DNA of 64,000 nt from an uncultured Methylomirabilota bacterium. Its GTDB lineage: Bacteria > Methylomirabilota > Methylomirabilia > Methylomirabilales > 2-02-FULL-66-22. A model generated the notes under the pieces. It had not been told where the DNA came from, searched no databases, and saw only the letters and a list, made by a program, of their open reading frames with translations. How positions within the stretch are numbered: position 1 is the stretch's first letter; each line of letters begins with the position of its first letter. This document shows positions 21,216 through 31,640 of the stretch, one piece after another. Location: positions 576,001 through 640,000 of the forward strand of contig CAWJSJ010000001.1 in the NCBI GenBank assembly GCA_963845565.1, read 5' to 3'. A program made the translations under genes and the position numbers.

Positions 21216-23225
21216 CTAGACCTGGGCCAGCTCCGAGAGCAGCCCATCGATCTCGTTGAAGATTTGCTCGTCCTCGAAGAGATTCTGCACGATGGAACCG
21301 GACGGGCACGCCGCCACGCAGGTGCCGCAACCCTTGCACAGGGCCTCGTTGATCCATGCCTTCTTCTTGTCCTCCAGGAAGGAGATGGCCTTGTAGGGAC
21401 ATAGCGGCACGCACGACTTGCAGCCCGAGCAGTCCTCTTCCCGGATGTAGGCGGTGTTCGGTTCCAGCTCCATGTGGCCCGCGTCGATCAGGGCCAGGGC
21501 CTCGGCGGCCGCAGCCCCCGCTTGGGCCACGGTGTCTGGGATGTCGCGAGGCCCCTGACACGCGCCGGCGATGAACACCCCGTCGGTGAAGGTGTTCACC
21601 GGCGCCAGCTTGGGGTGCCGCTCGAGGAAGAAGCCCTCGGTGGCGCAGGAGATGTTGAACATGCGCCGGACATCCTGGGCATCGGCGCGCGGCTCCAGCC
21701 CTTGAGCCAGGATCACCATGTCCAGGGGGACCCGGCGGACCGAGCCGATCAGGGTGTCTTCCACCCGGACGACGAGCTTGCCTTCCTCTTGCGGGGTCAT
21801 CGCCCAGTCGGTCACCTCGGCCACGCGCCCACGGATGAAGTGCACGCCTTCCTTCAAGAGCTTGTCGTAGAACTCCTCGTAGCCCTTCCCCGGGGTCCGC
21901 ATGTCGATGTAGAAGTTGTAGACCTCGGCTCCGGTGTGTTCCTTCACCAGATGCGCCAGTTTCAGGGAGTACATGCAGCAGACGCGGGAGCACCACCGAT
22001 TGGTTTTCTCGTCACGCGAGCCCACGCAGTGGATGATCCCCACCGCCTTGGGATGGCTGCCGTCCCGCAGGACGACCTCGCCGCCGGTGGGGCCGGAGGC
22101 GTTGACGAGCCGTTCCACCTCCAGCGCGGTGTAGACGTTCGGGTAGGTTCCGTAGCCGTAATACGGCGTCTTGGCCGGATCGAAGGGCTGGAACCCGGTA
22201 GCCAGGATGATGGTCCCAACCTCGATGTCCTTGAACTCCTCGGTTTGCGTGAAGTCGATGCACTCCCGATCGCAAGCCTCGATACACGTCTGCTTGCACT
22301 TTCCCTTCTTGAGTTGCAGACACGTCTCGGGGTCGAAAAGGACGACCTGGGGCGTGGCCTGGGGGAAGGGGATGTAGACGGGCTTCCGCTTGCTCAGGCC
22401 CACGTTGAACTCGTCGGGGAAGCGGGCGTCCTTGTAGATGCAGGCCGTCACGCATTCCATGCAGCCCACGCAGAGGTCTTCTTTGATATAGCGGGGCTTC
22501 CGTTTCACCTTGATCTTGTAGTTGCCGACGTAGCCCTCGACGTTTGCCACCTCGGAGTAGGTCCAGAGGGTGATGTTGGGGTGTGATTTGACCGCCGACA
22601 TCTTGGGGGTCAGGATACAGGCGGCGCAGTCGAGCGTCGGGAAGGTCTTGTCGAACATGGCCATGTGGCCGCCGATGGTCGGTTCACGCTCGACGAGATA
22701 CACATGCTTCCCTGCGTTCGCCAAGGTCAGCGCCGCGTGGATGCCGGCGATCCCGCCGCCGACCACGAGCACGGCGGCGTTGATGGGGACCTTCTTCGGC
22801 TCCAGAGCCTTGTGGGAAAAGACGCGCCGGATCGCAGCCCGGGTGAGGTCCTTGGCTTTCTGTGTCGCGGCAGCCTGATCGGTGTGCACCCAGGAGACGT
22901 TCTCGCGGATGTTGACCATCTGGAAAAAGAACGGGTTCAACCCGCCCTGTTCCGTGGCGTGGCGGAAGGTGTGCTCGTGCAGCAGGGGAGAGCAGGAGGC
23001 CACCACGATCCGGTTGAGCTTCTGTTCCCGGATATCCTGCTGGATCAGCTCCTGCCCCGGATCGGAGCACATGTACTTGTACTCGCGCGACACGACGACG
23101 CCGTTGAGCGTGGCGACGTAGTCCGCCACGGCCTTCACGTCCACCGTGCCCGCGATGTTCGTGCCGCAATGGCACACGTAGAACCCGATGCGTGGTGTCC
23201 CGTTGGTGGGCGTCGCGTCAGGCAT
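21216..23225 (-). CDS. hdrA: Heterodisulfide reductase subunit A (FAD, FeS)
   Basis: CHCGTNIAG, VASCSP, VVGGGIAG, DKTFPTLDCAAC, HCVGSRD, CSRVCCMY, C-terminal ferredoxin. Confidence 0.95.
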   Translation of the reverse strand: MPDATPTNGTPRIGFYVCHCGTNIAGTVDVKAVADYVATLNGVVVSREYKYMCSDPGQELIQQDIREQKLNRIVVASCSPLLHEHTFRHATEQGGLNPFFFQMVNIRENVSWVHTDQAAATQKAKDLTRAAIRRVFSHKALEPKKVPINAAVLVVGGGIAGIHAALTLANAGKHVYLVEREPTIGGHMAMFDKTFPTLDCAACILTPKMSAVKSHPNITLWTYSEVANVEGYVGNYKIKVKRKPRYIKEDLCVGCMECVTACIYKDARFPDEFNVGLSKRKPVYIPFPQATPQVVLFDPETCLQLKKGKCKQTCIEACDRECIDFTQTEEFKDIEVGTIILATGFQPFDPAKTPYYGYGTYPNVYTALEVERLVNASGPTGGEVVLRDGSHPKAVGIIHCVGSRDEKTNRWCSRVCCMYSLKLAHLVKEHTGAEVYNFYIDMRTPGKGYEEFYDKLLKEGVHFIRGRVAEVTDWAMTPQEEGKLVVRVEDTLIGSVRRVPLDMVILAQGLEPRADAQDVRRMFNISCATEGFFLERHPKLAPVNTFTDGVFIAGACQGPRDIPDTVAQAGAAAAEALALIDAGHMELEPNTAYIREEDCSGCKSCVPLCPYKAISFLEDKKKAWINEALCKGCGTCVAACPSGSIVQNLFEDEQIFNEIDGLLSELAQV

Positions 23226-24126
23226 GGGCCGTTTTCCCTCCTTCCTGGGCCGCCGGCACCCGGGCGGGCGGGACGAACATTCGTTGCAGGCCAAGCGCGG
23301 TGTCCGATAACCCGAACGCCTGGCCGATCATCTGGGTCAGGTACATGACCGGAAGTCCTACATCGTCATGGAACTTCCGGCGCATTTCTCCCTGGTAGCA
23401 TTCGAGGTTGAACTGGCAGAGAGGACACACCGTGACGATGGCGTCCGCCTTGCGGCGCTTCGCCTCGTTCAGAAGGATCCGGTTGAGGCGGAGGCCAACC
23501 TCCGGGATCGTGCCGTTGAGGGTTCCCCCGCAGCATCGGGTCTTCAAGGGCCAATCCACCGGTGTCGCGCCCAGCGCGGTCACGAGGCGGTCCATCGTCG
23601 TGGGGTTGTGGACGGTATCGAAAGCCGCAAAGGGCCGGACGACCTGACACCCGTAGTAACAGGCGACTTTCATTCCCTTGAGCGGCTGTGTGACGCGCCT
23701 GGCAATCCGGTCCGTCCCGACATCGTTCACCAGGACGTCCAGGGGGTGGCGAACCTGGACGCGGCCCTCGTAGGAAAGATGGATAGCCTGCAGGCCGGCA
23801 GTGACTTTTTGCTTGAGGTCGGCGTGCTCGGCGAGGTAGCGCTGCGTCTTGAGGAGGACGAGATAGCACGCCGCGCAGGGCGCGAGGATCTGGGCGGGTT
23901 TCCCGTTGGCGCCGCCCGGCGCGTTTTCGGCCAGGGCCAGATTCCGGGCGGCCAGGGCAAACGCCTGGACTTCGTCCACGGCCATGTACGCCGTGGCGCC
24001 GCAGCAGTTCCAGTCGTCGATCTCCTCGACCGGGACCTCGAGCGCGCGGAGGACGGCCAGCAGGGATTCCTCGTAGGAGCGGCCGCTGCTCTTCAGGGAA
24101 CAGCCGGGAAAGTACTGGTAGCGCAT
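23218..24126 (-). CDS. hdrB: Heterodisulfide reductase subunit B (two CCG domains)
   Basis: YFPGCSL, WNCCGA, PCAACY, YYGC, RCCGG and CPLCQFNL. Confidence 0.95.
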   Translation of the reverse strand: MRYQYFPGCSLKSSGRSYEESLLAVLRALEVPVEEIDDWNCCGATAYMAVDEVQAFALAARNLALAENAPGGANGKPAQILAPCAACYLVLLKTQRYLAEHADLKQKVTAGLQAIHLSYEGRVQVRHPLDVLVNDVGTDRIARRVTQPLKGMKVACYYGCQVVRPFAAFDTVHNPTTMDRLVTALGATPVDWPLKTRCCGGTLNGTIPEVGLRLNRILLNEAKRRKADAIVTVCPLCQFNLECYQGEMRRKFHDDVGLPVMYLTQMIGQAFGLSDTALGLQRMFVPPARVPAAQEGGKTAHA

Positions 24127-24770
24127 CACCGTCCTCCTTCCGGCTGCTTGGCGGCGCGCAGGAGTGTTCCGATATCACCCGGGCGCTTCATGCGTTCCTC
24201 ACGCAGCGAGAGCCGGCCCGTGCGCCAGAGCCGGAACGCCAGCATGGTGTTTTTCAGCATGCCGAACGGGTTGGTCTTCAGGAAGAACTTGACCATGAGG
24301 GGGCCTTCGCTGTTCCGGCCCGTCTTCTCCACACCGCGGAAAAATTCTCGGGCGAGCACGGGGGCTGGGAAGCGCTTGGGGTACATGCCTTGCGCCATGG
24401 CCTCTTGCTTCAGGGCGTACATGACATCGGTGATCTTGATCTCGCGCGGACATTCACACGTGCAGGAGTAGCAGGAGGCGCAGAGCCAGATGGTGACACT
24501 GTTCAGGACCTCTTGCCGGAAGCCTTCCCGCACCATGGCGATGATCCGGCGGGGCGTGAAATCCATGTAGTGGCTGACGGGACAGGTACCGCTGCAGGTG
24601 CCGCACTGGATGCAGCTGAACATCTTCTCGCCATACGCGAGCGTGGCGATTCGATCGCTGAAGGTGGGGTCCAGCTCGGATTCGTACTTGATGTTGCGTC
24701 GAAGGTCTGCGGGTTGGCGAACGGGGGGAGAGGATGCCGGTGGTCGCGGGGGTGCGGGGTCACGCTGCAT
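24126..24770 (-). CDS. hdrC: Heterodisulfide reductase subunit C
   Basis: CIQCGTCSGTCP and [28 protein letters not shown]. Confidence 0.95.
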   Translation of the reverse strand: MQRDPAPPRPPASSPPVRQPADLRRNIKYESELDPTFSDRIATLAYGEKMFSCIQCGTCSGTCPVSHYMDFTPRRIIAMVREGFRQEVLNSVTIWLCASCYSCTCECPREIKITDVMYALKQEAMAQGMYPKRFPAPVLAREFFRGVEKTGRNSEGPLMVKFFLKTNPFGMLKNTMLAFRLWRTGRLSLREERMKRPGDIGTLLRAAKQPEGGR

Positions 24771-24935
24771 GGCGCTCAGCCTCCTCCTTGAATGGTCACC
24801 ACACGGGATCGGTCACACAGATCGTACACCTCGAGATAGGTACGCGGTTGTCCGCCAGGAAGAGGGCCGACGGCTCAACTCCCCGACTCCACACGGCGTT
24901 TTCGGCGGGTTGCGGACACCCAAAACAGAACGAGG

Positions 24936-24951
24936 ATCAATCCTGTTGCCA
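24936..24951 (-). promoter_or_regulatory. Possible sigma54 (-24/-12) promoter for the hdr-mvh operon
   Basis: Minus strand TGGCAACAGGATTGAT versus consensus TGGCACGNNNNTTGCW; correct spacing, but GA instead of GC at -12. Confidence 0.35.
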
Positions 24952-25102
24952 GGGTGAAACGCAGTCTACGCCGTCCGGACGCCAGGTCAAGGGGTGATGG
25001 AGGTTTGTCTGCGCGGCCATGCATTGGGTGGGTGGGAAGGGAACATCCACGACAAGCCCGGATCGGTGGACAGTTTGTCAGTCGGGATCTGGAGGTCAAT
25101 CC

Positions 25103-25951
25103 CTAGTGGGCCGCCCGCGCCGGGCGGTCGCGGAGGTAGGTGTACCACGCCTCCATCCCCTGGCCCGTCTTGGCGGAGACCTCGAAAATGGTCGCGTCGG
25201 GCGCGACCCGGCGGATGTTGCGGAGCGCCGTCTCCCGATCGAATCCCACGGCGGCGGCGAGGTCCATCTTGTTGACCACCACCACCTGGGCGCTCTGGAA
25301 CATGACCGGGTACTTCAGGGGCTTGTCTTCGCCTTCGGTGACGGACAGCAGCACCACGCGGGCGCGCTCGCCCAGGTCGTAGACGGCGGGGCAGACGAGA
25401 TTGCCCACGTTCTCGATGACCAGGACGTCGAGGGCGCTCAGGTCCAGGCGCTCCAGGGCGCGGGCGACCATCTCGGCGTCGAGATGGCAGACGCTGCCCG
25501 TGGTGATCTGGATCGCGGGAATGCCATGCCCGCGGAGGCGGATGGCGTCATTGTCCGTGGCCAAATCCCCCACGATGACGCCGAGGCGGAGGCGCGTCCC
25601 CAGATCGGCGGCCGTCCGTTCGAGGAAGGCGGTCTTGCCCGCGCCGGGCGACGCCAGGACGTTCAGGACGAACAGCCCCTTCGCCTGGAAGTAGCCCCGA
25701 TTGCGTTCGGCCAGGCGATCGTTCTTCTGCAAGATTCCCTGCTCGACCTGGAGCGTCCGGTGCTCGTCGTGGGCATGCGGGTGCCCGTGGTCGTGCGCAT
25801 GGTCATGATCGTGCCCGTGCGGATGCGGGTGCGGATGGCTGTGGTCATGGGGGTGCTGGTGCTCGTCGGAATGGCTGGGGCCGGCTGCGCCCACTCGCGC
25901 ACCATCGATGGCCACGTCGCCGGGGAGTCCGCACCCACAATCCTTACACAT
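25103..25951 (-). CDS. hypB: Hydrogenase nickel-incorporation GTPase HypB
   Basis: CKDCGC, His-rich tract, [32 protein letters not shown] and NKMDL. Confidence 0.95.
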   Translation of the reverse strand: MCKDCGCGLPGDVAIDGARVGAAGPSHSDEHQHPHDHSHPHPHPHGHDHDHAHDHGHPHAHDEHRTLQVEQGILQKNDRLAERNRGYFQAKGLFVLNVLASPGAGKTAFLERTAADLGTRLRLGVIVGDLATDNDAIRLRGHGIPAIQITTGSVCHLDAEMVARALERLDLSALDVLVIENVGNLVCPAVYDLGERARVVLLSVTEGEDKPLKYPVMFQSAQVVVVNKMDLAAAVGFDRETALRNIRRVAPDATIFEVSAKTGQGMEAWYTYLRDRPARAAH

Positions 25952-25952
25952 C

Positions 25953-26294
25953 TCAGGATACCTCCAGGCTGGTCAACTGCAACTCACGGCCGCGGCGGAT
26001 ATCTGTGCTGGGCCGGGCGCATCGCGGGCACTCGCAGACGAGATCCGCCGGCGTGAATTCCTGGGCACACGCGGGACAGAAGCACGTGACGGGGATGCGC
26101 TCGATGTCGAGCGTGGCCCCCTCGGCCATCGTCCCCTTGGCGACGATCTCGAAGGCAAACTCCAGCGTCTCCGGGACGGCGCCCGAGAGGGCGCCGACCT
26201 TCATCGCCACTCGATGAATCCGCTGGGCGCCCGCCTCGCGCGCCTGCCGGGTTGCGATGATGACCGTATCCTGCATCAGACTGACTTCATGCAC
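25953..26294 (-). CDS. hypA: Hydrogenase nickel metallochaperone HypA
   Basis: GTG start after [33 protein letters not shown]...CPRC and GRELQL. Confidence 0.95.
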   Translation of the reverse strand: MHEVSLMQDTVIIATRQAREAGAQRIHRVAMKVGALSGAVPETLEFAFEIVAKGTMAEGATLDIERIPVTCFCPACAQEFTPADLVCECPRCARPSTDIRRGRELQLTSLEVS

Positions 26295-26422
26295 CTCGTG
26301 TCCCCTCCGATCGGCAGAGCCCACCATCACTCTGCCACAGCAAGCCACGATCGGCAAGGTGGGACGCCCGATTGTACGAGAATGCGTTGATCCGGCCAAC
26401 CGCGAGCCTTCGCGGGAACCGC

Positions 26423-28736
26423 TCAGTTGTCGTCCGTCGCGTCGCGTCGCGTTTTTTCTTGGGCGGCCTTGCGGAGGGCGAGGCTGAACCAGTCGTTGGC
26501 GGGCTTTGCCGTCGCACGCGGGGCCCGCGGCGCTGCGGGGCTGGGGCGTCGGCCGGCGTCGGCCGGCGCGCCCTGGGAGGTGCGGGTGGCGTCGGGGTCG
26601 GGCTGGCGCTTCATGGAAAGGCCGATTCGCTTCCGCGCCAGGTCGACTTCCAAAACGGTGACCTGGACCCGCTGATGGACCTTGACCACGTCCGCGGGCT
26701 CCTTCACGAAGCGGTCGGCGAGCTGGCTGACATGCACCAGGCCGTCCTGATGGACGCCGATGTCCACGAAGGCCCCGAAGGCGGTGACGTTGGTGACGAT
26801 GCCCGGCAGCGTCATGCCGGGTTGGAGGTCTTCCAGTCTGGTCACGCCCTCGGCGAAGGCAAAGGATTCGAACTGCGCGCGCGGGTCGCGGCCGGGCTTG
26901 GCGAGTTCCTCGAGAATGTCCTGCAATGTCGGCAGGCCGACCGTATCGGTGAGGTACCGCTCCAGCCGGATCTGGGCACGGAGGTCCGGACGGGCCATGA
27001 GGTCCTGCACCGTGCAGCCGAGGTCGGCGGCCATCCGTCTCCACCACGCCGTAGCTCTCCGGGTGTACCGCGCTGGCGTCGAGGGGGTTTTCCCCGTCGC
27101 GGATGCGCAGGAATCCTGCCGCTTGCTCGAACGCCTTCGGGCCCAGACGTTTCACCTTGAGCAGGTCCCGGCGTGACGTGAACGGGCCTTGCTCGTTCCG
27201 GTGGAGGACGATGTTGGCCGCGGTCACGCCGTTCAGACCAGAGACATAGCTCAGGAGCTGCTTGCTGGCGGTGTTGACCTCGACCCCCACGGCGTTCACG
27301 CAGCTCCCGACCACCTCGTCGAGCGAGCGCTTGAGGGCTTTCTGGTCCACATCGTGCTGGTACTGGCCCACCCCAATGGATTTGGGATCGATCTTCACCA
27401 GCTCCGCCAGCGGGTCCATCAGGCGCCGCCCGATGGACACGGCGCCCCGCACGGTGATGTCCTGATCCGGGAACTCGTCTCGCGCGGCCTCGGAGGCGGA
27501 GTAGACGGACGCGCCGCTCTCGTTCACGACCACCACGGAGATCGCAGGGGGCAGGTCCAGCGCGCGGACGAAGGCTTCCGTTTCGCGGCTCGCCGTGCCG
27601 TTGCCGATCGCCACGGCGTCGATCTGAAAGCGACTGCATAGCGCCAGGACGGTCTGCCGGGCGACGTCGCGCTGCCGGTCGGATTGCTCGATGAAGATGA
27701 CGTCGTGGTGGAGGAGCTTCCCTTGCCGGTCCAGGCACACGATCTTGCATCCGGTCCGGAAACCAGGGTCGATGCCCAGGACGGTCTTTCCGCCGAGGGG
27801 CGGGGAGAGGAGCAACTCGCGCAAATTGGCGGCGAAGACACGGATCGCTTCCGCATCCGCACGCTGCTTGGCTTCCAGCCGTGCCTCGGTCTCGATCGAG
27901 GGTTCGAGCAGGCGCCGGTACCCGTCCTCAATGGCGAGACGGACCTGCTCGGCGGCCGGACTGGCGTTCTTGAGGAACATGCCGTTCAGCAGCACGATGG
28001 CCTCGTCTTCGGGCGGCATCAATCGGCTGGTGAGCATACCTTCCGTTTCGCCCCGACGGATCGCCAGGATCCGGTGCGACGGCGCCTTGGCGGCAGGCTC
28101 CTCCCACTCGTAGTAGTCCTTGAACTTGGCGCCGTCGACTTCTTTGCCGGGGACGACCTTCGAGCGCAGGACGCCCTTGGTGGTGAAGAGGCTGCGGACG
28201 GCCATGCGGGCAGCGGTATCGTCGCTGACCCGCTCCGCAAGGATGTCACGGGCCCCGGCCAGCGCCTCATCGGCGGTTGCAACGCCCGCCTCTTGGTTGA
28301 CAAACGGCGCGGCGCCGCCGGACGGATCGGTGGCCGGGTCCTGCGCCCACAGCAGGTCGGCGAGCGGCTCCAGCCCCTTCTCCCGGGCAATCATGGCGCG
28401 CGTGCGGCGTTTCGGACGGTAGGGTTGATAGATATCCTCCAGCGCGGTCAACGTCGCCGCGCCCTCGAGGGCCGCCGCGAGGTCATCGGTCAAGAGTTGG
28501 CGTTCGACGAGGGATTTCACGATCGCCTCTCGCCGCTCGGCCAGGGCCTGGAGTTGCTCGAGACGGTCGCGAATGCCAGCGACGGCGACCTCGTCCAGCG
28601 AGCCGGTCTGCTCCTTGCGGTAGCGGGCGATGAAGGGAATCGTGCCGCCGTCCGCCAAGAGCGCCGCGGTCGCTTCGACCTGGCGTCGCGGGATGTGCAA
28701 TTCTTCGGCGATCGTCTCCAGGAATGTGTCGCGCAT
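26423..28736 (-). CDS. tex: Tex-family RNA-binding transcriptional accessory protein (C-terminal S1 domain); frameshift near 27036
   Basis: TIPFIARYRKEQTGSLDE, GIDPGFRTGCK, SIGVGQYQHDV, VHPESY; second frame KPGRDPR...GAFVDIGVHQDGLVHVS. Confidence 0.93.
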
Positions 28737-28810
28737 ATGATACTCGCTCCTTGGGGTTTCAGGACAGTCGGCCGGGGATGTCGCAGCGGCGTGTCCGTGC
28801 AGAGGGCAGC

Positions 28811-28839
28811 CTTGTACACCGCGGCGAGGCGGATGTCAA
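28811..28839 (-). promoter_or_regulatory. sigma70-type promoter for tex
   Basis: TTGACA-17 bp-TACAAG on the minus strand, about 75 bp upstream of the ATG. Confidence 0.5.
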
Positions 28840-29029
28840 GCGCGGCCCCGGCGTTTTTTCTTTGACACCACCGCGGCGAGTGGGCGAGAGTTGCGTGACC
28901 GTGGGCGAGGCTCGGCTGGGCGACCTGGCCGTCTCTGGAATCCAGGCGGCGGCGCGCCGAGGGCGGAAAGCGCGGAGGTACGGACATGCGTTGGGATAAC
29001 CGCAGGCGGATCATCACGAGAGGAGCGGG

Positions 29030-30154
29030 GTGACGACCTTTTTTGCCACAGCATCCGCCGGGACCGAGGATCTACTCGCCGACGAGCTGCAGACGCTCCA
29101 ACTGCGGAGTGTGCGCGCCGGACGGGGCGGCGTGCGATTCGTGGGCGACATTGCCGACGCCCTGCGCGCCTGTCTGTGGTCGCGTATCGCCATGCGGGTG
29201 CTGCTGCCGATCGCCGATTACGCCGCCGCCGACGCCGACGCGCTGTATGCCGGCGCGCGCGACGTGCGCTGGGAGGAGCATGTCAACGAGCGCCTGACAT
29301 TCGCCGTGGACGCAGTGGGACGCACCGAAGCGCTCGGTCACACGCATTTCACTGCACTCAAGGTGAAGGACGCGGTCGTGGACGTCCTGCGGGACCGCCG
29401 GGGGGCACGTCCCAGCGTGAACGTGGAGGACCCGGACGTGCGGATCGTGGCGCATCTTGCCGGCGGTCGGGTGCACCTCGCCCTCGACCTGGCCGGCGAG
29501 CCGCTCTTCAAGCGCGGCTGGCGGTTGGCCCAGACCGAGGCGACGCTCAAGGAGACGCTGGCGGCGGCCATCCTGCGGGCCTGCGGTTACGATGGGACGC
29601 GGCCGCTGATCGATCCGATGTGCGGCTCCGGCACGCTCGCCGTGGAGGCGGGGCTGATCGCTCAGAACCACGCCCCCGGCATGCACCGGAAACTGGGAAT
29701 CGAGCGATGGGCCTCCTTCGACGAGACCCAGCGCGCCGAGCTCCGGCGCCTGCGCGACGAGGCCCGGCGAGGCGTGCGGCGGGGCGCGCCGCCGGTCATC
29801 GCGGGCGACCGCGATCCCGAGGCGATCCTCGCGACCCGGGCGAACGTCAAGCGTGCGGGGTTGCCGATCGAGGTGCGGCAAGCGGACGCGCGGGCCCTCG
29901 AACCCCTCGACCCCCCGGGGTTCGTGGTCGTGAACCCGCCCTGGGGGAAGCGTCTCGATGGGGGAGGACGCCGGCAGCTCAAGACGTTCTTCTGGCAACT
30001 CGGCCAGGCGTGGCGCGAACTGCACGGTCACCGCCTGGCGGTGCTCGCCGGTGGGCCGGAGTTCGAGAGCGCCTTCGGCGCTCGTCCCCAATCCCGGCGG
30101 CTGCTCTGGAACGGCCCGGTCCGCTGCATGCTGCTCATCTACGATCTCGACTGA
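29030..30154 (+). CDS. THUMP-domain class I SAM-dependent RNA methyltransferase (RlmL-like)
   Basis: CLWSRIAMRVL, LKVKDAVVD, LKETLAAAIL, DPMCGSGT and VVNPPWG. Confidence 0.9.
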   Translation: MTTFFATASAGTEDLLADELQTLQLRSVRAGRGGVRFVGDIADALRACLWSRIAMRVLLPIADYAAADADALYAGARDVRWEEHVNERLTFAVDAVGRTEALGHTHFTALKVKDAVVDVLRDRRGARPSVNVEDPDVRIVAHLAGGRVHLALDLAGEPLFKRGWRLAQTEATLKETLAAAILRACGYDGTRPLIDPMCGSGTLAVEAGLIAQNHAPGMHRKLGIERWASFDETQRAELRRLRDEARRGVRRGAPPVIAGDRDPEAILATRANVKRAGLPIEVRQADARALEPLDPPGFVVVNPPWGKRLDGGGRRQLKTFFWQLGQAWRELHGHRLAVLAGGPEFESAFGARPQSRRLLWNGPVRCMLLIYDLD

Positions 30155-30176
30155 CCCGGTGAGAAAGGGAGGGGCG

Positions 30177-31340
30177 GTGTTTTCCCGCCGCACGACCTGG
30201 CAGGTGACGCCAAACCGTATCGCCGCGGCGCTGGCGGAGTACCGCCGGTCGGGACGACCATGGCTCGATCTCACCGGGACCAACCCGACCCGGGTCGGGT
30301 TGCCGATGCCAGCAGGGGAGATTCGCGAGGCGCTCGCGGATGCCCGCGGACTGTGGTACCAGCCGACACCGTTCGGCCATGTCGAGGCGCGGGCGGCGGT
30401 GGCCGCCTATCACGGGGGGGCGGTGTCGCCGGAGCGCGTGGTGCTGACCGCGAGCACCAGCGAGGCGTACGCGCTCCTGTTCAAGCTCTTGGGGAACCCC
30501 GGCGACCGCATCCTGGCGCCCGTGCCGAGTTACCCTCTGTTCGAGTACCTGGCGGGCCTCGAGAGCCTGGAGGTCGTGCCGTATCCCTCCCGGTGGGACG
30601 GCGACGGCTGGTCCATCGACCTATCCGCGCTGGACGAGCGCATCGACGACCGGACGCGGGCAATCCTGGTGGTCAGCCCGAACAATCCCACCGGGGCGGT
30701 CATCCGGCGCGCGGAAGCCGACCGGGTGCTGGCGCTGTGCCGGGAGCGAGGTCTGGCGCTCATCAGCGACGAGGTCTTTGCGGATCATGTGTTCACCGAG
30801 GCACCCTCGTGTTCGCGGTCGTTCGCCGGACGGAGCGAGGCACTGGTCTTTGTCCTGAGCGGGTTGTCCAAGATCTGTCTCCTGCCGCAACTCAAGGCGG
30901 CGTGGATTGCGGTGAGCGGCCCCCGCGACCTGGCCGACGACGCCCTGGCGCGCCTGGAGGTCGTGACCGATACCTATCTGTCGGTGAACACGCCGGTTCA
31001 ACTCGCGCTCCCGCGGCTCCTGGCGCTGCGCGAGCGCATCCGGGCGCCCCTCATGGCGCGGCTTGCGGCCAACCGCGCGACCCTGGAGACGGCTCTGCGC
31101 GGCAGCGCGGCGACCCCGTTGCGGGCCGATGGGGGGTGGTCGGCGGTCATCCGGGTGCCGCGTCATCCGGGCGAAGAGGAGCGGGTCCTGCGCCTGCTCG
31201 CGCGCCACGGACTGTCGGTGCACCCCGGTTTCTTTTTCGATTTTCCGACGGAGGCATTCCTGGTCGTGAGTCTGATCGGGCCCGAAGACGACTTTGCCCG
31301 CAGTGCCTCGATCCTGGCAACGGATGCGGACGAGGTCTGA
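30177..31340 (+). CDS. PLP-dependent aminotransferase, class I/II
   Basis: LTASTSEAY, PSYPLF, SPNNPTG, ISDEVF, SGLSK and HPGFFF. Confidence 0.9.
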   Translation: MFSRRTTWQVTPNRIAAALAEYRRSGRPWLDLTGTNPTRVGLPMPAGEIREALADARGLWYQPTPFGHVEARAAVAAYHGGAVSPERVVLTASTSEAYALLFKLLGNPGDRILAPVPSYPLFEYLAGLESLEVVPYPSRWDGDGWSIDLSALDERIDDRTRAILVVSPNNPTGAVIRRAEADRVLALCRERGLALISDEVFADHVFTEAPSCSRSFAGRSEALVFVLSGLSKICLLPQLKAAWIAVSGPRDLADDALARLEVVTDTYLSVNTPVQLALPRLLALRERIRAPLMARLAANRATLETALRGSAATPLRADGGWSAVIRVPRHPGEEERVLRLLARHGLSVHPGFFFDFPTEAFLVVSLIGPEDDFARSASILATDADEV

Positions 31341-31369
31341 GGGCGTGTTGCACGGCACAGTGTGTGTAC

Positions 31370-31469
31370 GCCGCTGTCAAAGAATGACTTGACTGGAGAC
31401 ATGCCGGAAACGACATAAGGAGCCGTAACGAAATTTCAAAAATGGCCATGTTATTTCGTAAAGGCTCCC
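31370..31469 (+). repeat. Family C element (about 100 bp), copy 1
   Basis: GCCGCTGTCAAAGAATGACTTGACTGGAGA...CCGGAAACGACATAAGGAGCCGTAACGAAAT...ATTTCGTAAAGGCTCC; homologous to the reverse complement of 38848-38950. Confidence 0.8.
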
Positions 31470-31627
31470 AACAGGGTACTGAAATACCCATTTCCGCTCA
31501 GGCTACTCAAAACGGTCCAGATGCAAGGCGGCGCGTGATGCGAGGTGCGAGGCGTACTTACGCGTACGCCGCAGCGCCGCGCGAGCGCGCCAACGCAGTA
31601 GATGGGCCTTTTTCAGCAGCCTGCTTA
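31470..31627. mobile_element. Family B MITE-like element, copy 3 (inverted), upstream of ettA
   Basis: CAGGCTACTCAAAACGGTCCAGATGCAAGGC...GATGGGCCTTTTTCAGCAGCCTG is the reverse complement of the core of copies 1 and 2. Confidence 0.75.
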
Positions 31628-31640
31628 AAGGGGGACAAGG

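Noticed and set aside
25953..28736. 927-aa Tex-HypA fusion ORF
   Set aside because: Artefact of a single frameshift near 27036. The Tex S1 domain is in another frame ending at 26423, and hypA has its own RBS and GTG at 26294.
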